From a virus (Duplodnaviria > Caudoviricetes), in the IMG/VR virus record IMGVR_UViG_3300030331_003305, positions 1 through 51,048 of that record: a stretch of 51,048 nt of DNA, one strand, 5' to 3'. The notes below the pieces were generated by a model, which had not been told where the DNA came from, ran no database searches, and saw only the letters and a program-made list of their open reading frames with translations. How positions within the stretch are numbered: position 1 is the stretch's first letter; each line of letters opens with the position of its first letter. The translations under genes were made by a program, and so were the position numbers. Shown here one piece after another: positions 17,101 through 24,990 of this stretch.

Positions 17101-17130
17101 ATATATAAATATTCGCGAAAGGTTAGTCAA
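17101..17130 (-). promoter_or_regulatory. Sigma70-type promoter with TTCGCGAA operator
   Basis: TTGACT-17-TATATA; TTCGCGAA at 17112-17119; A-tract UP-like element upstream. Confidence 0.7.
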
Positions 17131-17158
17131 TCTTTTTCTTCAAATTTTTTTGGGCCTA

Positions 17159-17401
17159 TCATTTTCCCCACTGTTGAGCCATAGCATCTGCGATGCCTTG
17201 AAAGGTTTCGCTCCTTATCTTCCACCGGTCTTGCCCTAGGACGGGGAGCACGTCGCCCTGGATATGGTAGGGGCTACCGTCGTCTGCGGGTAGCAGGTCA
17301 CAACTCCATGCGTCATGGCCTAGCCTGCGGAAGGCTTCTCGAACCTTGCCGCTATATTCACACGCCACCAAGACGCGCAGCCTGTTGTCCATGTTCATCA
17401 T
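17159..17401 (-). pseudogene. Internally deleted phage DNA cytosine methyltransferase remnant
   Basis: N-terminal VLVACE.SG.VREAF...GHDAWSCDL...HIQGDVL joined directly to C-terminal DRWK.RS.TF.GIA.AMA.QWG; catalytic PC motif absent. Confidence 0.7.
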
Positions 17402-17640
17402 TCCCCCAAATCTGGATGTTTAAGTAGGAAGCCCACTAGCTTTGAGTATTCCCAATGTTGATACTTACAGGCTAGTTGATGTACCTCGTTAGCTATCTGC
17501 TCTGCGTTGTCATAAAGCCAAGATGGTATTTGAATTGGATATCCTTGTTTAGTTTCTGGACACCATAGGTTGACAGTGTACACTGGCATCCTTTCGTAAC
17601 GGTCGAATCGTTCTGTCTTTGTCGCTAAAATTCCCATCAT
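17398..17640 (-). CDS. Hypothetical protein
   Basis: Coupled ORF with SD. Confidence 0.65.
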   Translation of the reverse strand: MMGILATKTERFDRYERMPVYTVNLWCPETKQGYPIQIPSWLYDNAEQIANEVHQLACKYQHWEYSKLVGFLLKHPDLGE

Positions 17641-17645
17641 TCCCC

Positions 17646-18509
17646 CTATGCTGCCAATGCAGCGGTCTGTGTTTCGATGTCCTGTACAAATCCCGATGTA
17701 TCTTTTTTCGCCTTGCCCTTGGCGAATAGGATGACCGCTGTCCCTTTCGGGTCGTCATATCGCAGGTCGTTTTTGTCTCCGTCAATAGCTGGATAGCCTC
17801 GGAATCCCATAGCCACTGCCCATCGGGCTTGTAGTTTGCTACGGACTACGACCGCCACGTTCCCGCCATTGTCCAACCATTCCCTAGCATTGTCCCAGCT
17901 ACCCGCTTGTTCAGATAGAGAGTAAGTCAAGTGATAGTTGCTCGGCACGTTTGGTCGTTGTCGCTTAGTGAACTTGGTGTAGTCGTAGAATTGTAGCTCT
18001 GGGAACTGGTCAATGATTCCCGTTCGTTCCCATAGGATGTCGGATGTACCATTCAAGCGCACCGCTGGAGTGTAGCCGTCCAGCTCGCAAGTGTACTTGT
18101 GGATGTTTAGCTCGCACTTCAAATCGTGCATGAACTGTTCACGATATAGATAGTATCGAAGTGTACGCTTTATCCTAGCCTTGATAGCTGGACGCATCAC
18201 CATTTGTCCCGATGTGTTGATGCAAACGCTTGCGCAGTTACCCGCCATAGGACAGGTATTGACACCAGCCTCCTTAGCTGGACTCATGTAGAGAATAAAC
18301 GTCTTTACTTTCTCGCTCAATCCTTTGTCAGTTTTAAAACTCTGGCTTGCAAGGGTAGCGTACCTACTCTTGCCACTCTTGCCCCCACTCGTGGTGCGTA
18401 GCCACTCGCCAAGGTCCATGGTTTTGTTGCGATGTAGGCAAGTCGAGGTTTCGACATCGTAGCCGATGGACTTGAGCACATCAGATATAGCTGGCGTGAT
18501 ACGTGGCAT
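17646..18509 (-). CDS. Gp88-like protein with Cys triad (radical-SAM-like fold)
   Basis: TCPMAGNCASVC, VRLNGTSD, FYDYTK, NYHLTYS, DGD..DLR..DP. Confidence 0.7.
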   Translation of the reverse strand: MPRITPAISDVLKSIGYDVETSTCLHRNKTMDLGEWLRTTSGGKSGKSRYATLASQSFKTDKGLSEKVKTFILYMSPAKEAGVNTCPMAGNCASVCINTSGQMVMRPAIKARIKRTLRYYLYREQFMHDLKCELNIHKYTCELDGYTPAVRLNGTSDILWERTGIIDQFPELQFYDYTKFTKRQRPNVPSNYHLTYSLSEQAGSWDNAREWLDNGGNVAVVVRSKLQARWAVAMGFRGYPAIDGDKNDLRYDDPKGTAVILFAKGKAKKDTSGFVQDIETQTAALAA

Positions 18510-18566
18510 TGTAGTCTCGTTTGTTTTTGTTTTTCGGTTTAGTTTTTGTTTTTGTTTTGTCTATGC

Positions 18567-18950
18567 CTAACGTTGTTCGTCTTCTGCATCCATGGCCATG
18601 ATAGCGAGTCGGGCGACGCTCATAGCCTCATTGACTACCCTTCTTTGTGTCTGCGAAGCAAACCGATTGAAGTGCCTTTGGGCGTCATCCTTACCCAATA
18701 GAGACGCTAGGATCGTGAATAGTGGGGTGTCAGGGTAAAGGTATACTTCTTTACCGTCGAGTTGACGGTCATACGCTCTGACGTAAGCACGAAGGACCAG
18801 ACAGCGCTTTTCGGCCACGGTATACTTCCCAACGTAGAATCGCGACAATAGGAAGTGAGAGATCATATAGTCCTTCCGACGCGCGATTTGTGTAGCGTTG
18901 AGGCGGTTGAATGCTTCGGTAACTTGTTTCATAACTGGCTTTGAGTACAT
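18567..18950 (-). CDS. Hypothetical protein
   Basis: Follows a promoter; AAGGA SD. Confidence 0.7.
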   Translation of the reverse strand: MYSKPVMKQVTEAFNRLNATQIARRKDYMISHFLLSRFYVGKYTVAEKRCLVLRAYVRAYDRQLDGKEVYLYPDTPLFTILASLLGKDDAQRHFNRFASQTQRRVVNEAMSVARLAIMAMDAEDEQR

Positions 18951-18997
18951 GGTGTCTATCCTTTTTCGGTTTAGTTTTTTGTGCGTTCACGTCTACC

Positions 18998-19026
18998 GTT
19001 TTAGGCGTTCGCGATTAATCAGTCAA
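18998..19026 (-). promoter_or_regulatory. Sigma70-type promoter with operator variant
   Basis: TTGACT-17-TAAAAC; plus-strand TTCGCGAT at 19008-19015; A-tract upstream. Confidence 0.65.
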
Positions 19027-19094
19027 GAGGTTTTTTATTTTATTCAATCAGCCAGTTCGAGTCGTTTGGCGTTGACCTGCTATGCAGGTTGAAC

Positions 19095-19349
19095 CTAGTC
19101 TGTACTGTTAAACAGTTGGGTGAGTTGTTCTAAGACCTCGAACACGTGTTCGGCGCTACTTTTGAGCCGTCGTGTGGATGTCAGGCGTACGCATACAGCC
19201 GGATCATTCGCGCTCTCGTAGAATTCGACATCGAACGCGGATAGGCTAATGGTCCCGCGTTGCTTCTCCTTGTCGAATGTTAGTCTACAGTATTGAGTGT
19301 TGTAGTTAGCCTTCAACAAGGCTACAAAGGTTTCTGCGTTAGTCATCAC
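19095..19349 (-). CDS. Hypothetical protein
   Basis: Coupled early ORF. Confidence 0.65.
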   Translation of the reverse strand: MMTNAETFVALLKANYNTQYCRLTFDKEKQRGTISLSAFDVEFYESANDPAVCVRLTSTRRLKSSAEHVFEVLEQLTQLFNSTD

Positions 19350-19695
19350 TCACCCCGGCGTAAACGTTTTTTAGGATGTGGGTGGCTTCTTGTTCTAAGC
19401 TGGTAAGGAGATAAACATACTCGTGCTCTAATACTTTCCAATCACAATCACGGGCTACAGTGACTGTTTCAACTAATCGCTTACACAGAGCCAACATATC
19501 AGGGGCGGCACAGATTAAACGACTGTTAGCATCAGCGACCGGAGAGAAGGGATAGTTAACGCCGCTGTCCTCTGGACGGGATAGCATCTCACAGATAGAC
19601 GTACCGTCAGGGGCTTGTATCTCACAAGCGTTCTCGACCCAGGGGCCGGGAGTGTTAACGGCTAACACTTGCACAACTTTATAAGGCTTACTCAT
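19339..19695 (-). CDS. Phage TPGPW...ANARLIAAAP-type protein
   Basis: TPGPW and DANSRLICAAPDML motifs; TAATG coupling at 19695. Confidence 0.7.
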   Translation of the reverse strand: MSKPYKVVQVLAVNTPGPWVENACEIQAPDGTSICEMLSRPEDSGVNYPFSPVADANSRLICAAPDMLALCKRLVETVTVARDCDWKVLEHEYVYLLTSLEQEATHILKNVYAGVSDD

Positions 19696-19880
19696 TACTT
19701 CCCCCAATATTTGTACTTGCTCACAGGCAGTGCCACGAATTGGCCCATAGTGATTACATCGTTCGTTTCTACGACTAGTTCGTAGAGGTACTCAAGAGCA
19801 TTGTCACCTTTACAGTCTTCAACAGACTTGAGGATATAGGTTCGACGTTCGCCCCATAGTTCATTGACTTCTACTTCCAT
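19695..19880 (-). CDS. Hypothetical protein (start ATG 19880)
   Basis: GGAGG SD; TAATG overlap. Confidence 0.65.
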   Translation of the reverse strand: MEVEVNELWGERRTYILKSVEDCKGDNALEYLYELVVETNDVITMGQFVALPVSKYKYWGK

Positions 19881-20149
19881 TATTCCTCCTTCCATGCGTT
19901 CAATTTGTAGCGGTCTCCACCCAGATGTGAGCCGCAACACTCGCAGCCATGATGACTGAAGCCTAGCGATTCCCCGCCCAGGGCGAGCACCCACCCGGAC
20001 CAATTCGCTTCGATACGGTCAGGGTCAAAGTTGTTAAGGTTGTCATGTGGTAATTCACCATTGGCAATCCACATGATGCAATCGGTACATGCCTCTACTT
20101 CGTACACGTCGCGAAAATCTTCGGGCCATTGTGAGTCGTTTTGTTCCAT
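19880..20149 (-). CDS. Small zinc-binding early phage protein
   Basis: C.DC...IANG and FS...C.CCGS.LGG.R motifs; GGAG SD. Confidence 0.75.
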   Translation of the reverse strand: MEQNDSQWPEDFRDVYEVEACTDCIMWIANGELPHDNLNNFDPDRIEANWSGWVLALGGESLGFSHHGCECCGSHLGGDRYKLNAWKEE

Positions 20150-20152
20150 TAC

Positions 20153-20437
20153 TTACTCCTCGAAAGTCCACATGCTACCTCGCAGCATGTTGTGAAGGTA
20201 CTCCACCGCGCCGGATGGTGTTCTGTAATAGCTTATCGACTCGGTAGTACCTCCACGGTTTTCCATCACTTGGACAGACAATGCGCACCCATCGCTTGCG
20301 ATGGTCACTTTATACAAGTGGTTCTTGTACGTCGTCTGATTACACTTGAACACTTCCACCTTGCCGATGGATGTACCCGCTGTTTGATTCATCAGCATCC
20401 TAGTAATGGCTTCAGTCAGTCGTATTGCTTTAGGCAC
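20153..20437 (-). CDS. First early gene, hypothetical
   Basis: GTG start with GGAGAG SD after a long leader. Confidence 0.65.
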   Translation of the reverse strand: MPKAIRLTEAITRMLMNQTAGTSIGKVEVFKCNQTTYKNHLYKVTIASDGCALSVQVMENRGGTTESISYYRTPSGAVEYLHNMLRGSMWTFEE

Positions 20438-20449
20438 TTTTCACTCTCC

Positions 20450-20737
20450 AAAGTTTCAAATAAGGAGCTAATCGAAGTTAGCTCGCTATTTCAAACCACG
20501 AGCCCTTGCTATCGGGCTCGTGTTAATGGTTTGAAAGCGTTACCCACCCCCACTGGTATGAATACCAGGGTTGCCTCTATCTAGCCCTACGGGTTCCACG
20601 TAGTGCATGGCGATGATGTGGGATGACCTATCGAATCAACTTACTGGCAGCGTTGACGAAATAGACATTCGGGCGACAATTCCTTATGAGTTATGCTGTC
20701 ATTCCCGTTGTCGTTGGTGAGTGTCTCACCGTCGGAC
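20450..20737 (-). other. Structured ~290-nt 5' leader or ncRNA
   Basis: Series of stems, including TTTCAAACCA/TGGTTTGAAA enclosing CGAGCCC/GGGCTCG, plus GAGCTAA/TTAGCTC, CTGGTA/TACCAG and GGTGAG/CTCACC. Confidence 0.55.
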
Positions 20738-20743
20738 AATTTC

Positions 20744-20787
20744 AATGTAGGTATTGAGGATTCATAGGGCAAGTATTATTTCACGAA
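20744..20787 (-). promoter_or_regulatory. Main leftward early promoter with upstream operator variant
   Basis: TTGCCC-17-TACATT; minus-strand TTCGTGAA at 20780-20787. Confidence 0.65.
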
Positions 20788-20989
20788 TAAATATTTAGAT
20801 TGACGAAAACCAAGGTTTAACCGAAACAATTAAAATAAAAAAAAATTCGATTTATTTTTGAGAGAAACCAAAACCGCATGACACGCGCATGCGCGTTACA
20901 TCCTTAAAGGGGAAAAACTGGGTCAATTCTAAATGGGGTACGTCTAGCCATATGCAGAGACGTCTAGCGGTCAAAAATTTGGTGTTTGA

Positions 20990-21140
20990 GATATGACAGG
21001 TTGTCAGGAAAAGACATCAAAATGTGACAAATTGTCAAAGGTTAAGGCGTTAACGGGTAATTGTTAGCGTTTAACCTGGGGTATCGGCTACCGGGTAACG
21101 GTTAACGGTTTCGGTTACCGGGTAATTGTTACGGTTAATC
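20990..21140. repeat. Cluster of short palindromes and direct repeats
   Basis: TGACA-N3-TGTCA twice; CGGGTAATTGTTA at 21054-21066 and 21119-21131; multiple GGTTAA/GGGTAA. Confidence 0.7.
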
Positions 21141-21165
21141 CTGGCCTTTCGATTAATTGTAACCT

Positions 21166-21208
21166 TTCGCGAAATAATACTTGACTTTCAAACCGAGAAA
21201 ACTATAAT
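21166..21208 (+). promoter_or_regulatory. Strong rightward promoter with upstream operator
   Basis: TTCGCGAA 21166-21173; TTGACT-16-TATAAT. Confidence 0.7.
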
Positions 21209-21896
21209 GAGGTATCAGTTAATTTTAACAGGAGGTGCAACACGACGAAAATGCAGGAACAAAGCGGAGAACCGCGTGCCAAAGGTGGGTGAAAATCCAC
21301 AGGGGGTAGTGCGCGTTGAGGTTAGAGGCCCCACCAGCCCCGGTTTAGTGTGCCATGTTGTATATTTCCAGAGGCTCCAAGTACAAATCAATCAAATTTC
21401 CAAGTCGTCCCTCCGGGTAGTAAATCCGCGGTAATAAGACTCCGGTTAAGAAAAATTTACCCTTAATGGGGGGGCTATTTTTTATTAAGTAGGGACCCAA
21501 AAATATAAAAATTGGTTTAGTAAAAAGTCCATTTTTTCTCTTAACCAGATTCCGGTTAAGCCTAAATTTGCTTAACCGAGTTTTTTTATATCAAGGAATT
21601 GTAAAGTTTTTTTTTTTTGAAATCTAAAAAACAAGGAGATCGTGGAGTTTTCGCATGTATTGACAAGTCAACACCGTCCCATAATCACCGAAGGACCGTC
21701 AGATTAAACAAATAACCACGATACCACGATTTTCTCAAGTTAGTACAAATTTTTTAAAAAATATATATGAACTTGGAAAAACACATAGATCGTGGTTTTT
21801 TCTTTAATGTGCTGGATGGAACTGGATTATCGCTGCCACATTTTCTTGTTTTTTAAAAAACTACGTGGATGTACAGCGTTTACGGTTAACGGCGGT

Positions 21897-21961
21897 TTGA
21901 CACAGCCAATTTTTGAACGTAAAATATGCTTAACCAGAACAATCCCATGAATTTTCGCGAA
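21897..21961 (+). promoter_or_regulatory. Promoter of the morphogenesis operon with downstream operator
   Basis: TTGACA-17-TAAAAT (21897-21925); TTCGCGAA 21954-21961. Confidence 0.75.
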
Positions 21962-21984
21962 ATGTCTTTTGCCACGGAGTTATT

Positions 21985-22797
21985 TTGCACTCAAAAGAAG
22001 AATACTTGTTTCCGTTTTTGAACTTCTTAAACAAGCATCGACGGAGTAAGCGTAGATCTCCCTATTTAACTCCGGCTACTTGGAAAGTTCCTTACTTCTT
22101 TGGTCCGAACAAACCTCGGACGTTGAAAGAAATCGAAAAGTACAAAGAGTTCAAGCCTTGGATTTTGGATAACCAGCATTATGCCCAGTGGCTTTGGCAA
22201 CCGGAGTCGATGTATGCCCCGCGGGAGTACATGATACCAGAGCTTAAAAAACTTTTGTTAGTCACACCACGGTATTTTGCAGCTCACTTTTTCCCTAGCT
22301 ATTCTTCGGACCTTTTGTCCGACCTTACAGTGTATCAGATACAAAGAATTAGAAAAACCATACCGACCGAGGGTTTGGAGTATCTGACGGCTCACTGCCA
22401 CGGGGTGCCCACAAGATTGATTTGCAACTGGTCTGGTAAGAGTGAAGCAGACATCCATAAATCCGTGTTGGATTGTGTGGGTAGTTTTGCAAACTCGGTC
22501 CCATATTGGATTTGGGCGTACCGTGTGGACATGAGGACTATTCCATTTACTCAAAAAAAGAACAGTCGTTGTAAGTTTGCTAAGAGGCTGCAGATATGGA
22601 ATGATTTAAACGAACGGCCCCAGTTCACAACTTGTAATACTGCTAAGATGCTTTTACCGAACTACCTGCACACACCAGAGGCTTTGAGTAGTTTGCCTAA
22701 AAAGCGCGTTAAGAAACCGATAGATACATTATTGTTATCTTTGTCTCACCATCGGAACCCTCCGGTTCGCAAGTTGAGTAGGTACAAAAGTTTTTAA
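21985..22797 (+). CDS. Hypothetical basic protein, possible HTH regulator
   Basis: TTG with GGAG SD; GVPTRLICNWSGKSEADI segment has HTH-like spacing. Confidence 0.55.
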   Translation: MHSKEEYLFPFLNFLNKHRRSKRRSPYLTPATWKVPYFFGPNKPRTLKEIEKYKEFKPWILDNQHYAQWLWQPESMYAPREYMIPELKKLLLVTPRYFAAHFFPSYSSDLLSDLTVYQIQRIRKTIPTEGLEYLTAHCHGVPTRLICNWSGKSEADIHKSVLDCVGSFANSVPYWIWAYRVDMRTIPFTQKKNSRCKFAKRLQIWNDLNERPQFTTCNTAKMLLPNYLHTPEALSSLPKKRVKKPIDTLLLSLSHHRNPPVRKLSRYKSF

Positions 22798-22827
22798 TTT
22801 CTGTTATTCTGGCCCTGTGAGGTATCC

Positions 22828-23229
22828 GTGGCAAAAAGAAGGTCTGCAAGTGAGTACGCATTATTTCTGGAGAGGATTCCAGAAGACACTCGAAATGAAA
22901 TCGCAAACACGATTAAGGATTCGCCGGTCGAGGACTTGAATGATTTTGCGTATATGTGTTCTGGGCTTATTGCGGAGATAGTGCGTGGTAACATTCCACC
23001 TACGGTAGCGGATGCGGCTCAGCCGTATGCGGAGTTGATGTATACGGCTATAGTTTCTGCGGGTAAAAATGGTAAGACAAATCGAGAAGCGGCTTTCACT
23101 ACAGTCCTCGGACGGTTACAAGAGGCTGCAGATAACGCCAAGAGTTTGGAAGCGAAGTATGTGGTCGATGAAAGTTTTGAAGCACCTAAAGCGCGAGAGC
23201 CAATCCCAGCCACAGCTTTGGGAGAGTAG
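22828..23229 (+). CDS. Putative terminase small subunit
   Basis: GAGG SD; helical protein directly before TerL (position-based call). Confidence 0.45.
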   Translation: MAKRRSASEYALFLERIPEDTRNEIANTIKDSPVEDLNDFAYMCSGLIAEIVRGNIPPTVADAAQPYAELMYTAIVSAGKNGKTNREAAFTTVLGRLQEAADNAKSLEAKYVVDESFEAPKAREPIPATALGE

Positions 23230-24981
23230 ATGCCAAAAGTCGAGCCCCAGGTCGAGTCTTTTTCTACGTTGCGGAATCCTATTGTTAGTTTGCCCGCCTT
23301 TGGTCATGTGCTTGACCAAGCGACAGGTAAAGAAATTTTATACGACCCCTCCAGAATCACAACCGACCTCCAAACTACGTTACTCTCCTACCTTGGTAAC
23401 CCACCAAAAAATGAGCTTGGGCACAATCGGTGGTTATGTCTCCTTGGATACCGACAGGGAGGAAAATCATTATGTGCAGAACTTGGGGCCTACGCCTTAA
23501 CTGCGTACACGCCTGGTCACGACCACGTATGTATTGCGGATACGAAGCATCGAGCAGATTACTTACATCAGCGGGTGCATTTCAACCATAAGCGTTGGGA
23601 TGAGAAGTTCCGGTCTCCCACTGTACCAAACCGGGAGAGTCGTCAGCTCACGTTCGACTCGAAATACGGCGGCAGGATGCGTACATTGTCTGCTGAAAGT
23701 GGTGCAGTGGGGATCGGACAGTCGCCGGATTCGGTACACATTTCCGAGATTGGATTCTTTTCCAGCCCCGGAACCATTATGAATTTAATGCTGCCATCTA
23801 TTATCAACCGACAACATGCTACCGCCGTAGTGGAATGTACACCCGTCCCCTCTGGCGCACCGGGTGCTCGGTACTGGCAAGACTTGTTTAACTCCGCAAA
23901 ACGAGGCAAAGGCAGATGGGTGGCAGCATTTTTCCCCTTCTGGGATAACAAACTGGCCCGCAGACCCTGGCCAAAAAACGCAACACCCCACAAAGAAGAA
24001 CTAGAGCTGTACGAGCAGTACCACAAAAAGGGCCTGACTTGGGAAAACCTAGCATTTCGTAGAGAAATGATAGAGGCAGACGCAGAAATCCGAAGGAACC
24101 CCGACCTATTTCGCACCTTTTATCCTTTCGATTCGGTGTCCTGCTGGATGGCAACAGCAGGTGGAGTCATCCACAAAAGCATTTTAGAAAAACATATTAA
24201 GTCACCGCTACTCATACCTTGGAATGGACCTTTCCAAGAGTACGAAGCACCCGAAGCAGGTGCCATTTACGCCATCGGCGTTGACCCTGCGGGCTTTGGA
24301 GCGGGTGACCACGCCTCTTTTCAAGTGCTAAAGGTCTGGAAAAACGAGTGGACACAGGTCGCGTGCTTCTCCGACAACGAAGCAGACCCGGTTTCTGTAG
24401 CAGAACGACTCGTACTCACTGCCAAAAGGTACAATAACGCCTACATTTTGGTAGAATCCAACGGTGTAGGAGCTGCAGTGCTCGCTATTTTGCAGACCAA
24501 AGAGTGGGAAAACCTGTATTACCACGACAAAATGAAGCCGGGTATCCCAGCAACCTCGAAATCTATCGACGAAGGTCTGGCAAATCTCCTCGATGCACTG
24601 ATGGACAACCTAAAACTGTACGATGAAGACCTCGTACAGCAACTGATGACCTACAAAAACGACAAGAAGGTGCAGGATTCGGACAAAGCTCTAATGCTCC
24701 GCGGGAAGGTAGGTCGACATCGTAGAGAAAAACATCACTACGATAAAGTTAGCGCACTGATTTGGGCGGCATACGCAGCACGAGACTTACCCCAAAGAAA
24801 AAAACCCGGTGAGAATGAGGAAGTTTCTTTCGATAACGTGATTCCTTTTAACAACATGGCGTATAATGCACGCCAGCAGTATTTGAAAGACGTAGAAAAA
24901 GCGACTAAAACCAAATCTCGAAAATCGAAATACAAGTCCACTCGCATGATTCGAAATAAAAAACGAAACAAGCGACGTTAA
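23230..24981 (+). CDS. terL: Terminase large subunit
   Basis: YRQGGKS Walker A, VHISE Walker B, VECTP, FFPFW, IGVDPAG, LVESNG, HYDKVSA. Confidence 0.92.
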   Translation: MPKVEPQVESFSTLRNPIVSLPAFGHVLDQATGKEILYDPSRITTDLQTTLLSYLGNPPKNELGHNRWLCLLGYRQGGKSLCAELGAYALTAYTPGHDHVCIADTKHRADYLHQRVHFNHKRWDEKFRSPTVPNRESRQLTFDSKYGGRMRTLSAESGAVGIGQSPDSVHISEIGFFSSPGTIMNLMLPSIINRQHATAVVECTPVPSGAPGARYWQDLFNSAKRGKGRWVAAFFPFWDNKLARRPWPKNATPHKEELELYEQYHKKGLTWENLAFRREMIEADAEIRRNPDLFRTFYPFDSVSCWMATAGGVIHKSILEKHIKSPLLIPWNGPFQEYEAPEAGAIYAIGVDPAGFGAGDHASFQVLKVWKNEWTQVACFSDNEADPVSVAERLVLTAKRYNNAYILVESNGVGAAVLAILQTKEWENLYYHDKMKPGIPATSKSIDEGLANLLDALMDNLKLYDEDLVQQLMTYKNDKKVQDSDKALMLRGKVGRHRREKHHYDKVSALIWAAYAARDLPQRKKPGENEEVSFDNVIPFNNMAYNARQQYLKDVEKATKTKSRKSKYKSTRMIRNKKRNKRR

Positions 24982-24990
24982 GGAGTCACC

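Noticed and set aside
21126-21434. 102-aa ORF in the control region
   Set aside because: Overlaps a promoter and operator, with no SD or motif; a leaderless start near 21207 is not excluded.
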